Origin: Marsupella aquatica
Taxonomy: Eukaryota; Plantae; Marchantiophyta
NCBI GenBank assembly: GCA_973895155.1
Contig: OZ316894.1
Coordinates: 1,814,457 to 1,878,456 of the forward strand
DNA length: 64,000 nucleotides
Direction: 5' to 3'
The notes below the pieces were generated by a model, which was not told the origin of the DNA, made no database searches, and saw only the letters and a program-made list of their open reading frames with translations. Shown here one piece after another: positions 39,024 through 49,902 of the stretch. The position numbers were made by a program, and so were the translations under genes. Within the stretch, counting starts at the first letter, position 1, and every line of letters begins with the position of its first letter.

Positions 39024-41886
39024 TCCCATATGAATAGCTGGTTTTTACACGAATGGACCTCACTGCTCCTTTGGAAAGGCAGGGAGCTAGGGAGCTACCG
39101 TATACACTACTCTACTCAGCTCAGATTGGTCAGAGGGGATTGCTTGTTGCATGGGAAAGGAGATTGGACAAAATATTTGTTTTTCTTGCCATGGATTTGG
39201 ACTCGTCTACATACTAATGGAAAGATTGAAGTGTTAAATATTTGTCATCCAATCCAACGCTGACCAAGATAAAAGTCAATCTGGAATAAAGCGTGATCGT
39301 TTTTGAAAAAAGAAAGAATTTATTTTTTTTAAAGTATCAAAGTCAATCAGCCGACAATGTACAGTACTTCTGTAGAATGGATGTGAGACCCACATAGACC
39401 CGTAGAAGTGGGGCACCCAACTCACTGTAGCTAAAGCCATTGAGTAATTGACTGGATTTTTTTTTCATTTTTGTTCATTTTTCCACAAAAGGGGCAACAC
39501 CCTGGAATGTTTATTCATGGAACATTGGCAAGACATGGACACCCGTGTGAGAGGAGGAGACAGGACGTACAAGAGAAAATAAAGGTGGCTGAAAGGGGGA
39601 GCACACCCATAGAGAGGAGAAGGGGCACCCCCCCAACTGGATTGCCTATCAGAAGGAGACAGACCAGTAATGGAAGGAGGATCCCCCAAGAAGGGAGAGC
39701 AACTATCAATGAAACTCAATGAACCCCAAACAAAAACACTACCCCAGGAGACAGCCAAAAACAGCAAACAGAGCCCGAAAACCAGCTTAGTCGAGGGGAC
39801 AGAGCTGAACTCCACCCACCACCGGCCACCATATGCACAAGATCCCAACAACAGCAAGGATAGCCAACGGCCACCAAAATATGCATCCCACAATGCCGAA
39901 GAGTTATTTGTCGGAGAAGGCTATAAGGCTATAATCCACAGTTGACTGGAATATTAGCCATTAAATTTATTGTTTTATTTGTTTGTCCCATATGTTTGTC
40001 CCATATGTTATTATTCAACTGTGAATAGTCAGTCATAATAGTTGAATTCATAATAGTTGAATTCATAATAGTTGAATCCATGACCTATCAGTCTCCACAC
40101 TCCACTTGCGTGAACCACACACCCATGCCTTTCTGGGCATATTCAACTGTTATTTTTTTTCATTGGAATATTTTATTTAGCAGCCAGGCATGATGTTCAA
40201 TTTTTCAAGGATGCCCTCCACATTTTAACATGAGACTATCACGGCATGTTCAACATTTGCTGCTTCATCATTCGCCTGGCATGCACTGTTCAGTTTTTCA
40301 GGAATCCAATGGCACGCAAGTGGCAAAAGTGGTTTCCCTGGAAATCCGCAATGCCAAGTTTGAATTTATCCACTATGGTAGTGTCCATTCCTCTACCCAA
40401 TAATGCACAACGATTATTTTTTGGTTTTTCCTCTTCTTGGCAAAATACATTAAAAAAGAGCAAAACTATGATTTTCTAAAACCAGCCAATTGCGCCACTT
40501 CAATAAGCTTGTTTACTTTGTCACTCACTCACTCAGAAACATTGCAAAAGGTCGCACAAACAGGTGTACACTTGGGTTGTTGCATGGTGTCCCCAAGGAC
40601 ATTGGTAAAGCCAATCAGTTGATCATTAGAAGACACTTGATCATTACTATCAGCCATTTGACTTGTAGTTTTGTTTGTTTTGATGATGCTCTATATAATC
40701 TACTAATAAATTATTTCGATGGTTGGTCCACCTAGTTTTTGAAGGTGCTGTTTCTACTCTGTGGAGCAACTCCAAATCTAGTGCTAACAAACACCACTAC
40801 ACTCCCGACTGCACTTGCCACTCAAACAACCACTTCCAAATCAGTGGTTACACATCCAAGTGCACAATCATATGACTCAATGGAACTAGTTGTTTAACCA
40901 GTTCGAGATGCTGCCACACCAATAGAGCTTAGCATTTGAAGTCTTGGAGTAATTGCATAAAGTTGGTCCTAGCACTCAAGGCACACCTTGGGTACTCACT
41001 CAAACACTAGTCATACCATATGTTGACACTATTTTGTCTATTAGAGGTCTGGCCATCCAATGATCCTGGCCATCCTCTGTTGAATATATGAGGAACATTG
41101 TATGGGTACCCTTCTATACCAATATCCCATCTAGGGTAACAAGTCTGGGACATTAATTGCACAATAAACCGGCCTTGCCATGATCCATTGCCATGGGAAT
41201 GACATTGGAAGTAGTTATGTGGGGGTGTCTTTCTACTCGATTGAACAATTCCAGTCTAGTGCAAATTAAACAACTCCATTGCACTTGCCACTTCAAGTCC
41301 CAGTGGTAAAACTCGAGGGTTTCACTTTCACAAAAATGACATATCGCAACGAAGTATAAGGTCATTTTATTGGTTCGAAGAGAAGACTTAAGAATTTTCC
41401 GAGAAGAACAATAGGATCACTATATTCATTAAAACTGTACTTTTAAAAGTCCATAAGATGAACCCTAAAGTTATTTTTTTTCAGGTCAAATTTCTATTAA
41501 AGCATTCCCAAAAGCTAATTTTTTTCAGCCCAAATATACACTTTTGAACGCCCAAAATTTTATTTTTTTTCACCCAAATGTTTAATAATAACTTAAATCA
41601 TATATTCTAATTAATTTAAAAATTAGAGTAAATTTAATTTAGTCCAAAAATCAGAGGCCAATACCACTCAGACCATCTATAAATTAAAAAATATAGATGG
41701 TCATAAATCAAGGGTCAAAATGAGATTGACCCACTATATAATTATTAAATTGTCCAGTCCAGTGAGAGAGCCTCACACTAAGCATATATCCTAATTATTT
41801 ACTTTATCCTACATGTTCAAAACATATCCTTTCAAGACATAATATGAATGTACAATTCAGGGTAGGCACTAGAGCAACCCTATCTC

Positions 41887-42942
41887 CTAATGATCAAGAC
41901 AAAACTCATTTGAACAAGAAAGTCTGCTTCCTGATTTATCATAGCGGATGTCACGGTTGCAAGTATCTCTCGCATGGTGGTTCTTAAACTTATTGGTGAG
42001 ATCCCTAGTTCTGAGAACTTTCCAAATAAAATGCCTTCTATTTTGTGTATGAGGACGAGAATAGTTGTCTCCAAGTATTACGTTTGCAGTTTCTTCGATC
42101 TCATCCGTGGTCCACGTCTCCAGTGGTGGGTAATGCTGCACCTCGTTCTTTCCGTCCCAAGGAATCTCTTCAGGAGTCACATCCAAGATGGTTGCAAACT
42201 CCCTATGGATACAACGATAATCTCCCCACTTCTGTTCCAAAAGAGCATAGATGGCAGCATGATCCTCCTTGCTTGTTAATAAATTGAAAACAGACCACTT
42301 TGGATTGTTGACAGTGATATAATGTTGAACACAGTAAGCCTTTCTCAATTTGCAAAGATACGGCCATAATATCTCGGGCAAAAAAGTGTCATTTGAAGCT
42401 GTGTGAGTAAATGGATTTGGAAACAATCCATTCACGTCATAATTCAAAAATGCCTTCAATGGAGAATCATCAATAAGAACTGTATTAGAAGCATCATATT
42501 TTTCTGGAAAACGGTCCCAAATGGTTTGCACATTCTTCAGAAGTAAATTGGCCTTCCCATCTGTTATATCTGGCCTTTGGATGCAACTATCAAAGGTATC
42601 TTCTTGAGTAAAGACAAACTTGAACTTCTGTCGCTCCTCCTCAGTGAAAATCAACTCCATTAAGTCCATTGTTTTTGGCCTCCTTGCACAGGTCCAAATT
42701 GTGACGTCAAAAACCATGAAAGCTGCATATAGAAATTCGTGGAGGTATGGGCGCTCCACATACATGAAATTAAACCCTCCACGTCTCCCCCAGTGCACAC
42801 CACGTAAACTTGTCTGATTTCGCCATGGTCCTGAGCTTCTGGTCTTAATGCAATCCCAACAAATCTTGTTAAGGTCAAGAACCAAGAGCTTTCGCCGGAT
42901 CGGAGAGTGTAGTATTGGAGTGAATTCTGGAAACATTAACAT
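41887..42942 (-). CDS. FCP1/NIF (SCP-type HAD phosphatase) homology domain protein carried by the transposon
   Basis: KLLVLDLN, ERPYLHEFL, FDVTIWTCA, LLKNV and NTVLIDDSPLKA motifs in a 351-aa ORF. The DxDxT motif appears as DLNKI. Confidence 0.8.
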   Translation of the reverse strand: MLMFPEFTPILHSPIRRKLLVLDLNKICWDCIKTRSSGPWRNQTSLRGVHWGRRGGFNFMYVERPYLHEFLYAAFMVFDVTIWTCARRPKTMDLMELIFTEEERQKFKFVFTQEDTFDSCIQRPDITDGKANLLLKNVQTIWDRFPEKYDASNTVLIDDSPLKAFLNYDVNGLFPNPFTHTASNDTFLPEILWPYLCKLRKAYCVQHYITVNNPKWSVFNLLTSKEDHAAIYALLEQKWGDYRCIHREFATILDVTPEEIPWDGKNEVQHYPPLETWTTDEIEETANVILGDNYSRPHTQNRRHFIWKVLRTRDLTNKFKNHHARDTCNRDIRYDKSGSRLSCSNEFCLDH

Positions 42943-43774
42943 AAGCCCTTAGTCAATGCGACTCAAAGTTTAAACAATTACTATGGAGGAAAACTCCCCT
43001 GGGCCCCCAGCATTATTAATAATGGGCTGGACGTGCGAACGGATGAAGGGTGCAAAAAATCTGATTTGAGATTAATTTTTATAATTGGCTTAGAAATATC
43101 AAGGGATGGTTTTATTCAAAGAACCCTTTCTAACTAATATAGACTTATATAAATGTCACCCAAGTTAATATGCTTCAAGAGGTGATGTAATATGGATGTG
43201 ACACGCGTCACAATAGGATTGATCCTTGTGGTCACCCTTTATTGGAACATGTGTATATGACATATAATTATGCTTGCAACATCTATGATTCAGAGTAGTT
43301 TAGGACTTTGGAGCTTTTGAACCCTGACTACCCTGCCATGTGGTTCAAAAATGCCCCAAAGTTGAAGTTTGGGGTTAAAGGGTCACGAACACAAAAATGT
43401 ATGTACCCAAAACCCTTCCAAAACACTCCCATCAGTTTTAGAACCGTTTGCACATGATGAATTTATAACTTTTCAAGGCTTTCATAAATGGTGTAAAATG
43501 TGAAATTATAATATCTCAAAGGGGCAGATTTATTCTCCAAAATTAAGTTTTTAAGAATAACAAGAGAAATTTTTATAGGCTTCCAAAAATAACAAGGGGT
43601 ACTAGGGAGGGGGGTGTACGCACGTATACCTCTTTAGTTTACAAAGGCTGGGGCCCAGGGGAAAACTCTCAAAATATGAAATCAAACAAACTTTGTTATA
43701 GCATTTGAAGTAGAGAGGAACGACCCTGGGGCGACCCTCCTAGAAAAACATTAATTACATTCAATTGCCATTTT

Positions 43775-46700
43775 TTAGATCCAAAGTATACCTGGGTCAA
43801 ACCCTTCCTCCACAGCAATGCTTTCCGAGGGAATGCCAACAAAATCCTTTGAGGAAGGAGATTCTACGACGGAACTTTGGTCTGTAAAAAAGTATATTAT
43901 TACAAAGATAAAGCTTAGATTGTCATTAAAATACCAAGAACCAAAGAAAGGGCTAATAATTTCCAATGCTAAAATGCCCAAATTCATCTATTGTTTGATC
44001 ACCTAGAACACTCTGTATCTCGGAATTGATACCACTGGGAAGTTGCTCTTCAAAGGATGGGGGTGCAAAAATTGGGCTCAGTCTCAAGTTCAGTTTTTTG
44101 TAATCTGATTTTGCCATTATCTTTGGAGCATCGTCTAGTGATTCTATCATTCCAACCTTTGGTCCATTTCTCCATATAAAATGAGTTGCAGGACGGACTG
44201 TTTTCATATATCCAGTCCTGCCGATCTTGGATCCAGAATTTTGTGAAAATGATAATACTACGGGGCTTCCTGTCAAGTATAGTCTCCCCTTCAGCCGAAA
44301 AAAGTCAAGTAGTCTCTGATGAGCAATATAGAGGGACATACATATACATGATAAGCATACATTTTGGCTTAGCGTGAATATTCACAAAGCCACCTCTACT
44401 TCCCACCATCTCAAACATGGGAGCCTTTCGTAAGAAATCTCCAATGTGAAATGCCGAAGTTGACTCAGTCTCTGTCTCCTTACTTGTCTTACTCTTATTC
44501 TTATCTCGCTTCTCCGTCTTGTCTTCCACTTGGAAATCAGGGTCGATCACCGAATTGTAAGAAAATTGGCAATTAAATCCAGACCTGAACACTTGCTTCC
44601 AATCAAATTTCTCCTCAGTGGTGATTCCTGCAAAGATGATCTCCTCCATACCACAACTGAAAAGTAAGCCCTCTGGAACTGGTGTATCACTCCGTCGATA
44701 GCTCCCGTAGTCGACGTGGATGTCCATTCCCTTTTCATGTTGCAATTTCCTAAGGGCACTCAAAATGTTTGCAGCAAGTGGCCCCGGATGCACAGTCATG
44801 ACAACAACAATTGTTGGATTTCTTGGAAGATCCATAATGTATTGCAGTAATGCAATAATTTCAGCATCGGTCCAAACATGTTGTCGGAGCCTACTGAAGT
44901 CAACAATGGCAAGAGGACACAAAGGCGAAGGCTCTTGTAGCATTTCCGGCACGGTCGTCTTCATCAAATTCTCACTAAAAAATGTCAAGAAAGGCTCCGT
45001 GCGAGAACGACCAATCCCACCAAATTCTTTACAATACAACCCATCTAGTCTGACCATCAGACTTTGTGGGAAACTCTCCTTGACCACATTCTTCTTCAAT
45101 GAATTGTTGAGGTAAACCTCACCCGCTGCTCTCCTCAATTTTGTCATCTCAAGCTCAGATTTCAAGGAAGACAACAATATCACCAGAGACTCCCAAGATG
45201 TGCCAACAGGAAACTTCTCACGATACTTTTCCATGAAATAGCCAATAATGACTGTTCTCAATTTGGACATTATCTTGATTGTAAGGGCCAAGTCTCCCAT
45301 TGCGACAAGCTCTGATTTGTTGGTGATATCCTTCTTCAGCAAGACACGCTCCTCTTCAACGTCCTTCAAGATCTCAATTATCTGTTTGCTACTAATCTCT
45401 CCTTCAAAGCATTGAAAGGTACCGGGAGTGATCAATTTTGGGGGTCTTGGCCCTCCATACCCACCAGCCCCGTCTTGGAGCTTCCCACTCAACCATTTTG
45501 CACACACGTTCCGCCATAATTCAAAGAGCTCATCTTCGGCAAAAAGTAACCAATAAATGCTCTTTAGGCTTGACTTCCCCATTGTAACCTTTGCCAGGGC
45601 AAACCAATCCTGCATATCCAATGGACTTGACATTAGTTTCAGGGTACAATGCATATGTTAGAAAATTTATACCTATGTTTGAAACAGGCTAAGCCGCCTC
45701 GCCCCAAGGGCGTGGCGAACCTCTACATCTAACCGCAATTGACTGAAACGGAACTAGGGAATTATTCTTAGAGAGACTAGTCTAGGTTGCCTCGCCCTCA
45801 GGGCGAGGCAAACATTTGCTTTAATCTTCTAACCAAGGAAAACAAGAAAAGGCAGCCTCGCCCTTGGGGCGAGGCAAACCTCTACCATTGACAATCTTTA
45901 AACAAAGCGGATCAAGAATAGTTTGCGTTGCTCCAACATGTACCTGATAGTTTTTCCTGTCTGTATTTTGATTGGTCCCAATCCCTGGACGCGGCGGTTT
46001 CCCGCACTCCTCAAACTGCCTTCGTGCATGAACAATAGTCTCTAAAAAACAAGACTTAAATTGCATAGTATCATTGACAGCATTCGATAAACTTGAATGC
46101 TCAACCAAAATTGTCTTCGGAGTGAGGTCAGATAGGATCCTTGCTTTCCTATACTTTAGTTTGTTGGCAAGATCTGTCAGCTTGGCGTCAGTCTCGGCCC
46201 ACCCTTGGATCCATTGGGCAGCTCTTGCAGAATGCTGGCCACTGATGGCAAGGAATTGGATCTCATGCTTCTTCACACCAATCAAAAACTCTTTCCTATC
46301 CTGAGGTGTGTTGTCATAATGAAGCAACTGTTTAGTGCTCTCGCAATACGGAATCAAATCAGCAACTTGTGGTTCCTATCCAGGGTTTTTCATCATAGAC
46401 TTTGATATCTTCATTGCATGCGAAAGATTGAACATTCGATATACAAAAACGGCCGATGGCGGATTAATACTTTTTACATGAATATCAAAAACTTCACGGA
46501 TGCCAAAAGTATAATACTGCTCAATATTATGCAAAACCTCTTGGCCTTTGAGCACATCATCTTCTTTGGGTCCTTCTGTCGGACACATATCATTCTCTGG
46601 ATGCAAGACAAAGTTTGAAGTTGACCCTGACATTGGTTTTGATTTCGCAACCTTTGCCTTCTTTGTCTGCTTTTTTTGGGGGCCCTCATCATCTTCAATT

Positions 46701-48282
46701 TTTTTAGCCATCTTCTTACGGCGTGAACTCCCAGATTGTTTCTCTTGTTGAACAACCGGCTCTTGAAGCTTTCGTTTCTTCTCTGTCTTTGATTGCGCAC
46801 TTCTTTCCACTGTCTTCTTTCTCTCCTTTGCCTTATGCTTTGCTTCTTTTTTCTTCATCTCTGAAATCCACGTCCGGCACGCGGCCTCTTGAAACTCTGG
46901 AAAAAAAATGAAACTCTTGTCGATTGCTTGCTCGTATGAAAAATGTGCCTTATCAATCATCCTTTGAACTATCCAAGTAGACGGAGGGTCCACACTGTCC
47001 GCATTGTCATGCATGTGCTTCTTTACGTAGAGAAATCCAAACACTAGGTCAACTCCACTTATTTGAGAACGCGTCTTCTCAAACATCTGATCAATTGTTA
47101 CTCCATCTGGGAAGAATCCCATATCAGCTACGCTTATCTCCAATCAAGCCATCCACTCAACATTCAGTAAAGTCGAGTAGAGTTTTATTGGCACTAGAAG
47201 TCTCATCCACTGAGATTTCTCATTGCCAGACTCAACAATAATCGTTGCATTGCGGTTGTTGTCCGTGTTCACAAGGACGACTGGACCTAGAGTAACAATT
47301 GTCTTGCGGTCATTCAATTGACTTGTGAGGCCCTTGAAACAAATCAAGAGACTGCCTTCCGCCGACACCCCAACTTCTAGTGCCCATCTAAATCCTGGAG
47401 TATCTTGGTCAGGGAAAACAAAGTCCTTGATATCCTCGTCCATAATATTTAACTCCGGCTTCTCAAGATTTTTTCCTGGTAAGAAACATTGAAAACAAAA
47501 TGGTCAGCATCATATTTTTAACATTGACATGTGGAAAACTTTCAAGGTGCCTCGCCCTTGGGGCGAGGCGACAAATAGAAGATTGCAAAATCTTCTTTGC
47601 TCCTAGTGCAATTAGCCCTGCCACCTCATCCAAGCAATCAAACATTATTTAGGAATGCAGACGACATCACCTCGCCCCAAGGGCGAGGCAACTTCTAGGA
47701 AAGCAAACAACATTTAGGAATGCAGACAACATCGCCTCGCCCCAAGGGCGAGGCAACTTCTGGAAGGCAAACAACATTTAGGAATGCAGAGGACATCACC
47801 TCGCCCCAAGGGCGAGGCAACTTTTGGGAATGCAAACTACATTTGAGGAATGCAGACGACATTGCCTCGCCCCAAGAGCGAGGCAAAAAAATAGAATATA
47901 GCTAAAGATCCTTTATTAATGTAAGATACAAGGTCCAATACGCCTTCGGAGCAACAAGAAATCTAGAATGAAGTAGATGTCGCCTCGACCTTGGGGCGAG
48001 GCGACTGCAAAGGAATATAGAAATTTTCCTAATAAGAAGTTTGAAATCCAAATTAAAGTAAAGTTGCCTCGCCCTTAGGGCGAGGCAAGAAGTTGAAGCA
48101 GGTGGTGCCTTACGTGGAAAAGTTAACTGGGCTTTCTTTGACGCCTCCAACGCATTGTTAACCAATTTTTGGACATCCGGGTCTTCAGGGTCATATTCAT
48201 ACAGAGAGTTATAATTGAAGTTCAATGACTCTTGAGAACTGGCGGAGGTGGTGGAAGCTTCAGAACTGGAGGAAGTAGACAT
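43775..48282 (-). pseudogene. Multi-exon transposon cargo gene: basic/charged N-terminus, ParB/Srx-like domain, helical region and decayed beta-class N4/N6 DNA methyltransferase-like C-terminus
   Basis: Exon 48282-48114 splices in frame to 47475 (GT-AG intron 47476-48113). ORFs 47144..47443, 46376..47143 and 45821..46357 share one frame, broken by TGA/TAG. Motifs seen: IHVKSINPP..YRMFNLSHAMKI and FLAISGQHSARAA, then VNIHAKP and (with one extra T) LLDFFSAEGETILD. Confidence 0.6.
45695..48090. repeat. Ten copies of a 22-bp palindrome GCCTCGCCC-N4-GGCGAGGC type (e.g. GCCTCGCCCCAAGGGCGAGGC); four are embedded in a ~65-bp tandem repeat at 47648-47890
   Basis: Copies near 45696, 45789, 45855, 47549, 47670, 47734, 47798, 47864, 47982 and 48066. 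GAGCGAGGC half-sites recur at 48420-48480. Confidence 0.9.
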
Positions 48283-49448
48283 TGTAAGGGGCGAGTGAGA
48301 TTTAAGATGACACGTGGCAGCAATGGAGAATGCCACAGGCTGCAAGAGGGCACAAACAGGCAAACAATGATCGAGGGAGCGACCCAAAAGGGAAGGGAGC
48401 AAGGCGGAAATAAAAGCCTTAGAGCGAGGCGGAAAACAAATCCCAAGAGCGAGGCAAAAACAAAAGCCCTAGAGCGAGGCAAGAGGGAGGCAAGGACTGA
48501 GGAGACGAGAGAGGAGGCAAGAGGGAGGCAAGGAAATGAGGCCTCAAGCGCAAGGCCTGCCTTCCTATACCACCTGCGAGCGAGGAGTCCGAGGAGGCAA
48601 GGATCCGAGAGGGTACGGAGGCATCAATGTGCGCCAATGATGGAGACCCTCCTCGGTGCATGTGATCGTGAGTCACCAATAGTGTGACCACTCACGACCA
48701 CTCGCGACTCACCTACCAATTTTAAACTTCCGAGCTGTCAGCGGTGTGTGCTCGCAACTCACCTATCACTCGTGAGTGATTGGATGACACCCTATCCGAT
48801 GTCTACTTGTGTGCTGGGTGCGTGCCTCATCCACCCGTGCCCGATCTGTTGGTGTCCACTCGTGTGCTGGGTAATGTGTGGGCTTTTTGCCTCTCAAACT
48901 GAGTATAGACCTCCCACAATCCATTTTTTGGTTCATTGTCATTTAGACAGTGATTGGTACGATCACTGACTCTCCTCTGTCCGAGTGCCTTGTTTAGGTC
49001 CGCATGGTTGAATGCAAGGTTTAGTAAGGGCACTGGTGAGCACTGTGGTGCTAAGAGTTACAATGCTGGCATCCAAGGTACCCATTTAGCTTGTACAAGG
49101 TGGACAGAGATATATTGCAGAGCAGGTTAGTGATTTTATTTATTTATCTTAGAAGTACTAGCTCAACTACATCTAATTCAATACCTTTAAGCCAAACCTA
49201 GATTAAGATTTACACATTAGGTTCTAGATCATATATTTTACTCATTCTAGACCTTTATCCACAGTCTAGCATGATTGTGTAGAACTTACTGTACCCCTTT
49301 ATGTGATTACTAACATAGTTTCTAGAAGTGGGTCGGAATTATTTCGTGCCGACCTGACTATGTCATCTTAACTAGCATTTTAAACTGGTATATAAAAACA
49401 TAAGCAAGATAGTTTCACAAATAGTTTTGACATAATTTCAACTTAATA

Positions 49449-49776
49449 GTTGGAGTAGGGTCGAAATAATTCCGACCCAACTTATCAATGTTTAGTCAAT
49501 TAAATCATTTTAAGACATATTGTTGGAGGAGGGTCGAAATAATTCCGACCCGACTTGTAAATGTTTAGTCAATTCAATCATTTTAAGACATATTGTTGGA
49601 GGAGGGTCGAAATAATTCCGACCCAACTTGTAAATGTTTAGTCAATTCAATCATTTCAAGACATATTGTTGGAGGAGGGTCGAAATAATTCCGACCCGAC
49701 TTGTAAATGTTTAGTCAATTCAATCATTTCAAGACATAATGTTGGAGGAGGGTCGAAATAATTCCGACCCGACTTG
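49449..49776 (+). repeat. 73-bp tandem repeat x4.5, each unit containing the inverted repeat GGGTCG-AAATAATTC-CGACCC
   Basis: Units start at 49449, 49522, 49595, 49668 and 49741 and are nearly identical. An inverted degenerate copy lies near 49330. Confidence 0.95.
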
Positions 49777-49902
49777 AATGTATTTAGGGTTTTGAGTGAT
49801 TTTACAATATTTTTTGGAGGAGAGTCCAGATTTTGAAACATGATTGTAACATGGGGAACTTAACAATTTCTAACTTTATTTGAATACAGATAGTCCGCTA
49901 TC

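Noticed and set aside
47648-47890. CRISPR- or bacterial REP/BIME-like array
   Set aside because: The intervening sequences are homologous ~65-bp tandem units inside a spliceosomal intron; no cas or RAYT gene is present.
49449-49776. CRISPR-like array of palindromic repeats
   Set aside because: The sequences between palindromes are near-identical rather than unique spacers, there are no cas genes, and the context is eukaryotic. It is a tandem repeat.
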